The position numbers were made by a program, and so were the translations under genes. DNA of 64,000 bases, the filler included, from Sphacelaria rigidula (lineage: Eukaryota), in assembly GCA_964200075.2 (NCBI GenBank). It is 4 parts of 4 records of this genome, joined end to end, with 100 filler letters (N's around TTAATTAATTAA, not from the genome) between each part and the next. Parts side by side here need not be neighbours in the genome. Positions count along the whole stretch, not along the records: positions 16,042 to 31,968 come from CAXNAA020001547.1; positions 32,069 to 47,993 come from CAXNAA020001548.1; 2 more parts are not named here. One strand, written 5' to 3'. This document shows, in pieces, positions 22,950-36,727 of this stretch. The notes beneath the pieces are model-generated. The model was given only the letters and a program-made list of their open reading frames with translations, was not told the origin of the DNA and made no database searches. The stretch's first letter is position 1. Each line of letters starts with the position of its first letter.

Positions 22950-25900
22950 CGTGCATACCTAAATTTGGATCTCAAGTTTGTGGGCAAGGTCAAGCCTCTC
23001 TTGCGTTTCTAGTGGGATCAGACGTAGGTCTGTCGTGTAGTCAACTACGGCAATCCTTAACAACCGTGATGAGCGATATTCTGTCAATCTGTGATAATCA
23101 ATTCGTCGACCTGCAGTCTAGCACATGGGTCGACGGATGGCTCCGTCCACTACACCGAGCACTCGAAGGTGCCCTCGACTTTAGTACTCCACAAGCTACG
23201 CAGTTGTCTACGATGTTTGACACTCACTTCGACCAAGTCGCTCGTAACCTCATGCTCGGTACACGCGGATATAAGGCTTTCACGTCACTACTCAGATTGA
23301 TCAGTTCATCCCTTGATACAAGCTATGAAGGTGAATCAATTGAACGCCTTTTCACCTTCAAGGTACCGGTGGATACGCCATTCGACCAGTATCTCAAGGA
23401 ATTCCGTACGTTGATTTCTGTTATGGTTGACGGGGGTCGTGAGCTCGCCCCCACGGAAGAGATGGTGATGAGTATTTTCCATTCCAATATGGGACGACAG
23501 TATCCTAGCCTGATGCCGACTGTATTTATGGGTGAGAATGCAACCGTTTCAGTTCCAACCCCTGACCTCGATAGTATGTGGAGGCAGTTTGATGGATTGC
23601 GGTCAAACCGGACTCCGGCGATAGATGTGACGGATGCGAAGCAAAATGGCACCCCTGCAAGCGGTGGCACTGCCAAGGCTTCCGTCACTCCACCGTCTTT
23701 CGGTAGCTGCACCTACTGTGTCACGATCGCAGCCGACACGCCCCAAAGCGCGCCAGCTTGCGTGGATTCCTGGGTCCATGTCCACTACTGGTGAGGTCAT
23801 GTTCACAGCTCCTTTACAACACCCTGACGCGTTTGCCAGTCAATTCCCCAGTTGGCCCTTTGCGGCCGAAATTTGGCCTGAGGCTTTTCAAGTTAGCACT
23901 TCCATGAGCAACTCGGATCCCCCCCTCTGGGCTCGGGGCGTAGACCTTAACCTAAGGTCTGAATTGATTCGCAACTGTAAACACCGCTGTCTAAACTGTG
24001 GTATTTGGTTCGACGAACAGACGGGATACTCTGCGGACGGTCGCGTTCCGATGCACTCCATGCGCAACTGTGAAGAACCTTTCACGAACGCATTTGGTGT
24101 ACTTAACCCGATGTTCCTTGACCCACAATATTCACACTATTGGTGGACTTGGCAAGCGCGTATGCGTTCTTACCGTCGCCCTCAATCTGGCGACGGTCGC
24201 ATTTCACACCAACGTCCAAGGCGCGGGAATCGCCACTATGGTAGCGAATCCCGCGCACCCAACAACCAGTACCAACAACCCTACTATCAGACTCAGCAAG
24301 CCAACGCTGGCCGCTCGAGCCTGCCCCCCCTCCTCCTGGCGCTTTTCATCCGCAAATGCAGACTCAGTCACAAGATGTTCGCCAACCGCTCACAGCGTGA
24401 AATGCCGCACCAGCTGAACTCCGCCAGGAAGAGAACCGTTCCTCCACTGATGCTAAACGCACCACCTGACGGTGTTTTGGAAATGTAGAAATCCCCGCGT
24501 TTCCGAATAGAAAGTGGTGGGGTAACCCCGAGTGTGCGACAGCTGACTTCACAAAGCTGTCGCCCTCTACATGTTCTAATTAGACTCCGCGTCTATTCCC
24601 CATTGTCCGCCACAGGCCCACATTAGGGAACCAACAATTGACGGCAACACGCCGCGGAAGTGCCCCCCCTTTTTCTTTCGCTCGGCCAGTAAACACACAT
24701 CACAACACTGAATCAATGTCGTACGGCACAGGTTCAGGTTTGTGGTGCGGGTACACTGGGCTCGATCAGACTGTCATGATGGGTTTCATGGCAGCAGAAT
24801 CCCGTGCATCATTACATGACTCTCAACTGCGCAACGACCAACCCCAGTGTTTCAGTTCTAGGGCTGATCACCTAGTTTTACCTCCAAGTGGTATTAATCA
24901 TAGCCAGTTGGACCCTTTCTCCCCGCGGGATCGGCAGTCATGTAGTGTAACACCTCTCGCCTCCGAAACAGGTACATCTTTTGTCGCGGTAGCTGTTACC
25001 CCCGCAACGGTCCATTGCGGGACAAAACAATCAAGGCCACACACCAGCCCCCAAGCATGCTTAGGTGCCAAGCCGACCCCTCTTACACCCACAAACGAAA
25101 TAACGTCGGTGCTCGGTCCCCTTTTATTTGGTGAGCGTAATTTTTCGAGCACGGAGCGCAACCGTGTCGAACCCTGGCTTTCCGTCGCTCAGCGGGTTGG
25201 GAAGGAACCCCAAGTAACAGCGCGGGTGGAGCGCCACGAGCGTAGCCAAAGGCGGACTGTCCTTGACCAATTCCCAATAGCCCCCGGAGCAGCCAAACCG
25301 TTGGTGCGCTATACGCGTCATCCTCGGCGGGCTTCTCCAGAGGACCCTGTAAATAACCCTGAACATACAGTTGCATCCGTCCGCCGAAATCGTGAACGGG
25401 TGTGGGTTTTGTCAGATGAAAGCAATTCTGTCGATCAGGCCGGTGTTTCCCAGATTTCGAACAGATCAACACTGCTCCCTGTCGACCCCTCACACACTAT
25501 GTTAGAACCCACTATAGCGTTGTCATCTGTTGGGTTACATACCTCGCTGCCAATTGGGCGTTCGCTTCCTTGTCATGAAACCCCCCCGTCTAGTTCGTCA
25601 TCACAAGGGAAACGTGGCATAGTGACCGACGAGCCGTCCACGCTTGACTGCTCGTCCCCTATTTTACTAACGTCGTCCCCCACTGAGACGGGTAGCGAAT
25701 TGACTACTGTAGCCAACTCGCCTTCACCCTTTGACGAAACGTCCCCTTGTTTGTCTCCACTTCATGCTGTACCTTCGCCAGCTTCGCAAACAGGCGCTTC
25801 GCCACTTGTTGCGGCCGACCGAGGCATGTCAAACCAACCCCATCAGTTGTCGCGGCCAGCCACGACAACTACCCTTCCCAGGCATCATCCATCCCTTACA

Positions 25901-28900
25901 GTATACGAAATTCAACACTCGACCGATCCTCCAACAATTGCGACCGACACTCCGTGCTCCAACCCACCTGCGGACAGATATCTTGCTCCAAAGGATCACC
26001 AACGTGTGTATTTCAGCACAACCGCTCACAATCACAAGCACGGGTTGTCCACAGATTTCTTGCCAGAATTTGGACCGGATCTAGTCAGCGGTACTGCAGT
26101 CATGGATGATGCCTCCTTCAAAAAGAAGATAGGTGTACATAGTGGAATGCACGCAACATGCCCTTTATTAGCTGTTGCGTTGCCCGATTCAGGCTCGCCT
26201 CAAACGTTCATCACCACCAGCTGCTGGCAACAAATGATCAACGCGGGGGCTGCGGATGCACATTGCGTTTCTACGGTTCCCCCTCGTGTTCTCGGCGGGT
26301 TTGGTGTTTCCCCTTCACTTACGGTTAATCGATCAGTGAAACTTAGTGTGCAATTTCTCGATGACACGGGTCCGACTGCGCGATTATCTGTATGGTGCCC
26401 GATGGTTCATTGTCGGTTGATGTTTTACTGGGGCGGGGTAGTTGGCTACGGTTTTCCACTCATACGTACACGTCAGACACACCTGTTCCGCATCATCCCA
26501 AGACTGGCAGGTTGAAATTGGGATATCACGACACTGCTTCGGGGGCGCATGCCTATGTCGATGATCCAACACAAACAGGTGATTCCTTCCGACTATACTA
26601 TGTGGTGACAACGTAACCTCCTTATCCCTTGAACCCCAACTCACACATGTGAACCTTGTGAGACGGAATGGACCCCCTGCCCTCACTGGGTAATACTTGG
26701 TCGAACTCATCAAACGCGATAAACCGGCTGATGATATAAGCACCTTCGATCAGACCAAAGTATTCGTCCACGAAGGTAGATAGTCCATTCCTCTCACGTC
26801 CTCTGCATGTTTCGATTTACTCCCCGGGCAGTTGTTGGGTTTTGCTCAGGCGCCCCTGCTACGGACAGGCTTGTCAAACGTGCGTCTGGCAACCGAACGG
26901 AAAATGCCACCAGACACCTCGATCAACGCGGACTCTCCGCCGTTCGACAAACCTCGCCCGATGGTAGTGAACGATGCGTCTAACGCACCTGACCCAAACC
27001 CCTCAACTGCATTGCTAGATAGATTATCGCCAGAGCAACGTGTTAGTTTCCAACGTTTGTGGGACGATATCCCCCCACATTTGCGACACATTGCTTTTGA
27101 TCTATTTGGTGAGGGTTGGACCACCACGGTGATCGATAGGCTCCGCGCCATTTTGATAAGATATTATGAACGATTTTACACAGCGCCCCTAGATCTCGGC
27201 CGCTGCACCACTACACCGTTCAAAATCAAAATTTCTGATGGAACGCCACCTATCGCTACTTGTCCGTACCGTACAAACCCCCTTTTAGCGGATACAATTC
27301 GTAATCCTCGACGGATACTTATCCGCCGGTTAATACCGCACTCAACGTCCCCGTGGGCCTCGCCGCTTGTAGTCGTCCGGAAGAAGAACGGTAAGATCAG
27401 ACTGGCGGTCAATTACCAACGATTGAACGCAGTCACCAAAATCGCACGTCTGCCTCTTCCCCGGATAGATGAAATCATTGACTCTCTCGGCGGGGGTAAA
27501 GTATTTTCGAACTTTGACATGCAGTCCAGCTACCACCAACTTGTGATGGATCCGCAATCTATAAAACTGGCGGCGTTTTGTACACAGTCAGGCCTGTGTG
27601 AATGGTTGGTGACACCACAAGGTGCCGCCGGCGCCCCCGGGGCATTTCAACGTGTGATGAAAGCACCCCTTCCGAACATATCGAATACTTGGCATCCTTC
27701 TTCGCTCGCTTCGAACAACACAACTTGAAACATGCCCCGTCTAAATCCCGCATTGGAGCGACTAGCATCGAACTCCTGGGCCACTGTATCACTCCTGAAG
27801 GTCGTAGTCCAAACCTCAACAAGGTTGCCGCGCATACAGATATGACCATGCCACGGGATACATCCCAACTGCGCTCCCTGCTGGGCGGTTTGAGCTACTA
27901 CCGACAGTACTTGCCGAACCTAGCCCAAACCCTCAAACCTCTCACCTTCCTTCTAAAAAAAGGAGTGAAATTCACGTTCACCTCGGAAATGGAGAAAATA
28001 GTACGTCAAGTACTTGACACCCTGTCGCGACCACGAATCTTGGTTTTCCCAGACTGGTCGGCCGCTGAAAAGGGTTCACGTCCATTCCGACTTCACACGG
28101 ATTCCTCCAAAACTGGGTTTGGCTGCATGTTGGAGCAGGACCAACCAGATGCTAATATTCGCCCCATTGTATACTTGAGTCGAACCACCTACCCAAACGA
28201 ACAAAACTGGTCGGTCATGGAGCAAGAGGCCGGTGCGATTGTTTGGGGAGTTCGACGTCTCCGTCAGTACTTGTATGACATTCCGTTCGTGATTTATACA
28301 GATCACAAGTCTTTGGAAAACCTCGCCAAAATGGTGGAACACAACGCCCGGGTCCAACGCTGGTTTGAAATCCTGTCCTCTTACAACTTCACCCTGAAGT
28401 ATCGAACAGGACCTCAAAACGCAAACGCTGACTTTCTGTCTCGCTTGCCCATCCCGGCCCAACCCATCGACAGCTCCGCCTTGGGACACATCAGGGATCC
28501 CACCGAAGACATTGTATATTTCATTAGCAGAAACGATCATAGCGGTATCTACTCACCTCTATCACTGAACAACAACTCGTCACTTGGCATGGATGGGCTG
28601 ACGACTACAGCTCACGCTTCTGTACTAGGCAGTATGCCACTTCAATCGTTGTGTTCGGTTTGGAGTGGAGCTAGCACAAACCGGAGCGGGTATGATCAAT
28701 TTCGTGCAACTGGTCATCGTATGGCTTGTGCTTCAGATATAGAACCGTCTTCGTCCTTCCGGTTCAGGTGCGAAATCTCATCTCGAGTAGAACCGGGGGG
28801 CGACGGGCCGCCGAAACGGCCGCCACCCTGGCGGCCGCTGGCCTGGGCCTTCCTATCCCAAGTCCCATCCCGGTGCCCGATAGTTTCCTTGCACCCCCTC

Positions 28901-31900
28901 ACCCACCGCGGCGCAAGGCCCCCAAAAGATCGACTCCATCCACGGCATCCCTTCCTACCATATCCGAAGCTTCGGCTTCGCCCCCCTTCCCCGGTGATGA
29001 TGCGCCCACTGATGCCTCATCATCCGATGCGCTAGTCGACGTAGGATTTGAAGACAATGTTCCGCTTGAAAGTACACTGACTGATTCCCCCGCGCATGAT
29101 CCAAATATCCCCGATTCGAGTCAACATCACCGTGACACGAACCCATTCATTTTGGAATACCCGTCGGATGGTGTATTTGAGGAACGTTTGACCCTTCTCT
29201 CCCATGCCGATTGGGCCAGAGAAAAACAAGCTGAACCTGCTTGTAGAGCAGCTATGCAGTATCTATCCAAAGATTGTCCGTCTCCTTTTCCAGCGACCGG
29301 ATTCCTCTTGCCCGTTGGGAACCACAAAGCCCCCACACAGGATGAAATTACTGAACTATCGCTGAAAGGCATGCTTTATACGGATGATGATGGTGTCGTT
29401 CTCTTGGTTCGTCGGCCCACAGCGCCCCTTCGTGTGGGTAAACCTACCAGTAAACGCGCCTGCTTGTTAGGTGATGACCCCACACGAATTTATGTGCCGG
29501 TGCTGCTGCGCCCGTGGGTTCTCCATGAGTGTCATTCGCAAGCATCGACACATCTAGGAGTTGCTCGGACCTCCCAGATGGCTGAGCGTTTTTATTGGTG
29601 GATTTGTATGGACCAGTGTGTACGTTGGTGGGTAAGGCATTGTCTTTTGTGTCAGGCGCGAAAAACCTCACGTCAGACAGTTCGTTGGCCGATTGTTTCC
29701 ATGCCCCTCCCAAACGGGCCTGGTGAAGTAGTTTCGTGGGACTATTTTGGCCCCTTGCCCCTGACGGATAGTTGTCATGAGTATATTTTGTTGTTCACAG
29801 ATAGATTTAGTCGACATGCGGTGATGCACGCCGTCGCGGCCAGTAGCTATGACGCGGAAGTTACCGCCAACATTCTTGTATACACGTATATTCCGCACTG
29901 GGGTGTGCCCAAACGATTGTTATCCGATAACGGCCCGCACTTTGCCGGCAAGCTTTCTGCCGCGATCAGTAACATCCTGGGTGCCCATCGTATTTTTACA
30001 AGCTCATACCATCCATCCACAAACGGTGGGACCGAACGAGCGAACCATACGATGGCTCAAATGCTTACAACGATGACCAACGAACGAAAAACGGACTGGG
30101 ACTTGCATTTGCCCCTCATTCAGATGAACTACAACAATTTAGTCAATACCGCAAGAGGATTCGCTCCCAATGAAGTTCATATTGGTCGTATGCCCAGATT
30201 GCCACTTACTGTGTTCGAACGGAAACCTTACCGGGGCCATCGGAGTTTGAATAGGGATATCGCGGAGTACCATATTTCTGTTAGTAATCGTCTTCGTCTA
30301 GCGTATGAGGTAGTACGCGAGCAAAACCAGATTTACGCAGCGAAAGTAGCCAGGGCAAACACTGTGTTGGATGATGCGGTCAACAATCGTCCGGTGTGGA
30401 AAGTAGATCAATGGACATGGGTGTACAATGATGTGAAGACTGTAACTCAGGGGGTTAGCTCCAATAAGTCGTCGTTGGATAAGGTGTTAATGCCGAAACT
30501 ATCCTTGAATTGGACTGGCCCCTGGAAGATCTTGGCGGTTGGGCCCTGTGATGCCGCACCCGACAATAGTCCGGTAGGCGAGAAACTTTTGTATTTGGAT
30601 TTTCCCACTGATGAACCTGGCATCAAACCCAAAAGCCGAGTATCGATGTTGAGGTGTAAACCGTGTCTGCCCCCGCATGATGCATCTGACATGCCCAGGC
30701 AATTGCCAATGGGTCTCAGTCAGTACGTGTTGACCAACTATGCGGCCAAAGTCCCCCATATCACATGACGGTTGAGATGCCAACGGGCCTCTTGAGCGAG
30801 TAGTGGTAGATCGCATCTCGGGCCATCAATTAGTCCGAGGTCGAGGAGGTGAAATAGCGGTTATGTACCAGACTCATTGGAAGGGTATCATGCGTGTTAC
30901 ATGGGAGCGTGAAGTTGACTTACGTCACTTTCGTCGGGAAATATTGCTGTACTGGGTAGGAGATGCCGTCCAACACCGCCCGTTGAATAAGAGATATAGG
31001 TCGATGCGCAAGAGAGCTGCCGCTCGGGAACTGGCACGAGAGCACTCGGCGTGGTTTGTTGTAGCAGGATACAGCCTTCTCTCGCGTTCACAATACTTGC
31101 AGTCTTTTCATAGACAACGCCTGCCGAAGGGAGCATATTTTTGGTGTAAGGCTTTGGATTCCCTGTGGTGGTTGGGTAAGATTCATTTGGTCGATCCTGC
31201 ATCTGATAACTCCTACTTTATTCGTTTCCTCGATGACCCGAGCCCCCTTAAGATGTGCTTGGATGATGCGTACTACACCGAGGAGCCGACCGCTCGGAGG
31301 GGATCCTGGTGCCTCCAACGACACGATCAAGGCGAAGTCGACACAGGCGTTCTACGGAACACGGACACCGCTTGGGATGCAGATGACTCATGATGCCGCA
31401 TCCGAGTCTGCTCCCCCAATCACCTTGCGTAGTGTACCACGTTCCAGTCGCTTGTCTTGCACCGTAACGTCGTTGGCAAACCATATGTCCCCCCCACCCA
31501 TTCATTTGTTTTCGTACTGATAAGCCCCGTATTTGTAGTGATTGTATGTTGTGTTTCGTATTTGGCATTTGATATTTGGTTTACATATATATTTTCTTGT
31601 GTATTGTTTCTTTTTTGGCTTCGGACCCTGATACTGTGTTTTGTTTTGTTTTTGCCTTGGCGTCATTTCGTTTGGCTTTGTTTTTGTCTTTGTTCTGTTT
31701 TTGTTTTCCCTTTTTCTTTTCTTTTCCTCTCGCGTCGTGCTTTGTGTTCGATTTTTTCTTGTGTTCAATGTCCAATGAGTAACTCTTGGTTATTTCTGGG
31801 TTCATCTGGCAAAGTACAAGTGATGACCGTTCCATTCCTGACCCCCGAGTCTGAAGCCTTGAACCTCCGTCCTCCGCGCCGTACATTCACGACCATTCGA

Positions 31901-31968
31901 GTGATGCTACGGTAGGGGTACAGAAATAATTTCTGAGATTTAAATTGTTAGGAGCCCCTTATCTCATC
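22950..31968 (+). mobile_element. Decayed Ty3/Gypsy retrotransposon C, same lineage as A; LTRs not visible, 3' end cut by the gap
   Basis: Gag 22950-24488, DSGSPQTF ~26185, RT SPWASPLVVVRKKNG, RNase H LHTDSS/YTDH, integrase HLGV..CLLC/WDYFGP/SDNG/TERAN, chromo- and Tudor-like C-terminus ending at 31393. Confidence 0.93.
26000..31393 (+). pseudogene. pol: Pol of element C; RT YxDD segment deleted near 27660
   Basis: GAFQRVM joins directly to the APSEHIEYL segment, with the region equivalent to A's TDGLEHVIMYLDD missing. Several stops and frameshifts. Confidence 0.9.
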
Positions 31969-32068
31969 NNNNNNNNNNNNNNNNNNNNNNNNNNNNNNNN
32001 NNNNNNNNNNNNTTAATTAATTAANNNNNNNNNNNNNNNNNNNNNNNNNNNNNNNNNNNNNNNNNNNN
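31969..32068. other. Artificial contig spacer
   Basis: N44-TTAATTAATTAA-N44. Confidence 0.98.
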
Positions 32069-32269
32069 CGTGGTGTGTTCGGCGAGTCGTATGAAGGGTG
32101 ACCTGCATCCTGCTAAAATTGTTCGACCCAAAGCCTACTGATTATCTTGCATTTGGATGACAGCCTGCAATGAGTTGCTTCATCTTCTGGTACCGCAACT
32201 TTCAGAGACAACCACGGCTTATACACAGCCTCATGGGTCTCACCATTCAAACACTACGTTGTACGAATA

Positions 32270-32470
32270 TCCCAATTGTGCAGGGTTGAGGTTCTTCCAC
32301 GCCGCACGACATGATCTAGCTCGACTACCATCATGGTTACCGCAAAAAAAAGGCAAGCGCGCAAAAACAAATCGGTGACCTGGTTGTCTAGCTTACGCAG
32401 TGAGTGGCGTGTTTTACAGCGTCATCGCCAACCGACGCTAACCCCGTCGGGGACTGTTGGGGAGGGGGTG
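32270..32470. repeat. Dispersed repeat, second copy at 48105-48312
   Basis: Shares CATGATCTAGCTCGACTACCATCATGGTTACCG and TACGCAGTGAGTGGCGTGTTTTACAGCG with the second copy. Confidence 0.85.
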
Positions 32471-33400
32471 GGCTATTCGCGGCATCACTCCATTCAAACA
32501 AGGCAAGCCTGAGTATAGTACTCGATATAACTCACCACACTTGCACAGATGAAATCCTGTGCCATTTTGAGTAAATATGCAATGGATTTCGAAATACTGT
32601 ATGCTGCTCGGTTTGAATGAAGGAAATGTACATGGTTAAGCCTGTACGCACAAAAAAAACAACCCCCAAGGATGGCTGAATGTTGCACGAGAAGTCAAAT
32701 AGACTTAAAATGAGCGTTAAACCGCAACGCTTATCGCAGTGACGTTGCTCAAAGTATATCCACGGACTGGATAGAAGTAGCCGCTGGCTCCAAGCTTACT
32801 ATCAATGCGGCTGGAAAACTATACCGTGTCCTAGGTACGGCAACCCAACAGTCGATCTACCTCCTTTATCTGCACCAAATACGACACCATGAGCTACCGT
32901 ATTCCAGGACGAGATGCCGTGAATGCGCCGCTTTCATTGGTTTCACAGCTGTTATCGTTCAAGGAGTGATGCGTGTGTATATTTTGTGCATAGCACATGC
33001 AACAAAGGAAAAAGCATGTGGCCCTTTCACAATTCGAAACACCACGCCCTTTCATATTGATATTACCCGTCAAGCACGAAACGTACCCAAGACGTCCAAC
33101 GATCAGTACTCGCAAGTTACCTGGCAATTCTGACGGAATTAGACGCTAGTTTTTTTACATACAAATGTCCATACTCCCCGTTCAAAAGAGTACACTACCA
33201 CAGTGTAATAGAGCACAACTGAAAACAAAATGCAGAATACGTACATCACAACCTGACACAGTCCTTGCCCTCCCTCCCCACTCCCCCCTCTTTCACGATC
33301 CACTCAACATCAAGGAAAACTCTTGAACTCTCATGAATTCCGAAGTATAAAGGCTCTATCAAAGTCGCCGCCATGCTATCGGCTGACACGTCTGGCTATG

Positions 33401-36400
33401 CTAGTACCACGGATTTTTGTCGTAGGGCTCGGTATCTTCGTAGCACGACTCGAACGCAGTTTCCACGTATTCTCGTGCCTGATTGACCATCCATGAAGCA
33501 AAAGCAGACGGGGAGGGTGGGTCGAAACGGGTGTGATATGAAGAAGGTTCAAGCAGGTGCACCGCTGGACTGCGAATGGAGCACCGAACGCAGAGATCGT
33601 GAACGGACAAAATACAACAGAAGAAACAAGCGTAATTATTCGCTTCAAGTTTGCAGGACGTTTTACGACTTATCCTCTACTACCACACCCATACGTTGGC
33701 TCACTGCTTGCTCCCCGGCCCCCCCATGTTGCCGTGTCCATAATTCAACAGGAAAAACATAAACCACATGATGAGTATCATGCATCAGCTCGAAAAAAAA
33801 AGGCAGCTCACCCGGTCTGCGCACTTCGGGTTCATCTTGAGCGAGAGCTCCGCCCTCCGCTTTACGCAGGATTGCTGACCGTTCGCCCACTTGATATTGC
33901 CCCGCTTCCATTCCTCCATCATATTGCACTCTCCGCTTGTATTCGACGCTCGAACCTTATTTTTTTAATATAGGAGCATGATCATGTTGCGTGGATTGGA
34001 TCGGAGGTAAGATGGACACGATAACGTGAGTGAGCCGACGAGGCGGGTAGCCACGGTATACGTGTTGCATGGAAAAAAGGGTCCTCGTTCATCACAGGGT
34101 ATACGTACACTTTTGACATGCTTCGTAAGGTATGACATGTGACATCAATGCTCAGAAACATTGTCGTGATGGGTGATCAAATTGTGATTGCTCACAAAAA
34201 TGAAACACGGCCGATCGGAGGGCTTTATGCTCGGGATAAACTAGCCGTCAGACCACGCTATGGGCGTCTCGTACAGGAGGGTCATCGTCAACCAACAGTC
34301 ATGGAAACGGGTGCAGACGGTGCACGTACCTCGCTGCACGCGTGGTGCAAGCAGTTGTCCCAGTTGATCTTGATCCTGCATTGGTCAAACGCATGAATGA
34401 GCTCGTGAGCTAAGGTGTGGTTGACCATTTTCTGGCTCATCTCCTTGTCCTCGCACAGCACTATCTGCAGGGGTGGCCACCACGCGGTTTCGTGAGAGCC
34501 ATGCCCACGTGTACGAAATGATTCATCAGTTTCCCCCCAAAGCAAAAAATATATGAAATGAAGAGGAAACACTTCACAAGCGCGAGGGGGAACGAGTGGG
34601 TAAGGATAAATATTGAGCAGCATCGGGCAAAAAGGACGAGATGGGGTATATTTGAACTCGGCGAACGTTCTTGAAAAGTATCATACGACGACGACAGTGA
34701 GAGAAACGATCTCAACTACCGAGAGGCAATCTGCGAGACACACGGGGGAAAACGTAAGCTGACTACTCTTCGGTGAAACATACACACGAGAAGCCAACGG
34801 CACCTTGCTCCATAATATAAATGAAACCACACGCACCGTTGTGTTATTACTTCTCGCGTTTCTGCGGCTGGCGGCACGTGAAAAAGAGCAACACCTGTGC
34901 TTTGCCTTTGGTACGCTTGTTGCACATACAGTAGTCGGAAGTAGGACACGATACCTTGGCAAAACATCGATGATGGAAAACACACGAAAGCATACTGACG
35001 ACCGTGTCCACCGTGTTCCCCTTCCGCGTTACCCCCCTCCCCCGCCTCCTCTTCCCCGCAAGCAATACTCTGGTTCCTCATATCTCGCATTCAGTCCAAA
35101 ACATGATAAAGCACAGCTCAAAAGTACACCTAGATGTGGACGCCAAAGTACGTGCAGGCATAACGGACACCTGTGCATGAATACGTCGAATAAATTGGAG
35201 ACGAGACGAGTATTTGATTGATTGATTGTCGCACTTGAACTGACCCCCCAGGGGTCCAGTCGTGGTCTCATGATAGACGTACTCAAGAAAAACGGAATAC
35301 AAACACGCTTTAAGGGGAAAAAAAAAAGAAACAGAAAACAACAGTATGTCAAAGGAAAGTGGTTCGCAAGTGACGGTGCGTGGGCGGCTCCGAAACGCTC
35401 ACACCTGTAAAGACGAATCTCCGGAACTCTAGTAACCGATAAGGTCCGGTAGGAAGAGCTCAGTGTAACAGAGGCACCGAACCACTATAATAGGCCTACA
35501 CTCGGCAAGCTCTGTCTACTGCCCACCACCCCGGCTCACCGCCAACCCTTGCCCTCAATATCAAGGGAGAGAATACGGCTCGCTTTGGAGAACCTTCGGG
35601 AAGCCCTATTTACGGAAGAGTATTCATTTTAGCCCTTGATGGCGGGCAGGCAGGCGGGTGCGCGGGGGAGCTTGTCTGTGCTGTACATAGAAAAAGATAC
35701 GAGATGAACTCCACTTGCCTCTGGCGAAGGCTTCCCATCTCGGTCTTTCATCCCGGGGTTCCAGCCTCCTGACACGCTCAAGTCGTCCCCGCACGGTCGG
35801 CAGACGAAAGCTTCTCGGGGTAGGTAGCATCCCAGCTCTGCCATTTTTTCCCTCAAAAATATTACCTTGCCACCTGTGTGGATGCGTATTGTGTTGTGTG
35901 CGAGGTTGTGGCGGCCAGAAGAGTTGAGATTGAGATTTCAACTGCGGCCGTGAAGACAGCAGTTAGCATCGTGAAGTAGATCCAGAATTATGCTGCAGGT
36001 TCCTTGTACATTGTGCATGCCGCTCCAGCTTTCACTTTAGAGCACAGTGGAGTAGGTCGACAATTTTTCGAAACGATTGATGCCTTTGCATCCTGTTTGT
36101 ACAACATGTAATATACGGGGCAGCTGCGTCTGTGCCGTTCAGCAGGTGACGGGCAATAACACCCCCTAACGCAACGCACCCCTCCCACACCCGACTTTTT
36201 AAATACCCACGTCGCCAAGTTCGGGTCGGTAGATACATATCGTTGACACTTTTCAGGCACACTGGGTGTTTTTTGGGGGGGGGAAGGGTCTGGCTCGCAA
36301 GACAACGAATCTCGAGAAAGCTGGCAGATGAGTGCTGGAGCCTTGTAGTTCCTCACCCACCGTGCGACTGGTCAGACTTCAAACTTTTGGGAAGATGGCA

Positions 36401-36727
36401 CAGGCAGGGCAGTACTCAGTATGAGCACCATGAACGGCCTGTGCAACTTCACAAACGTATTGTAGCGCAACAACTGGATCCTTGCCGCGCTTTTTGACCC
36501 ATAGGATGCCATCATCTCAGAAACTGCTGCTACCGATAGCACTCTACTCGAGTACCGCACCGATACTCACAACGGTCCAAACTCTCGTGCGCCTTCTTCA
36601 GGCATTTTGTGAACGCTGGACCCGGCTTGTCGCCGTCAGATTTCTCCGGAAATGGAAGCAAAGGCGGTTCCCCGCTGTTACTGCTCTCGGCATTAGCATT
36701 GCCATGATTGCTAAGCCCGCCCGTCAT
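33401..36727 (-). CDS. ATP23: Mitochondrial inner-membrane metalloprotease ATP23 (peptidase M76); exons 36727-36571, 35873-35719, 34464-34330, 33955-33812, 33478-33401; 222 aa
   Basis: TLAHELIHAFDQCR (HEXXH), HHACSEVRA..SGEC, CVKRRAELS..NPKC, FESCYEDTEPY. Splice phases are compatible and total 669 nt. Start codon is inferred. Confidence 0.93.
35214..35345 (-). mobile_element. Retroposon-like 3' fragment with (CAAT)n tail, in ATP23 intron 2
   Basis: GATTGATTGATTGTCGCACTT...GGTCCAG.CGTGGTC.CATGAT.GACG is repeated at 40035-40130. Confidence 0.7.

Noticed and set aside
22868-22950. N-terminus of the 308-aa ORF as the true Gag start
   Set aside because: It overlaps an antisense SINE-like fragment.
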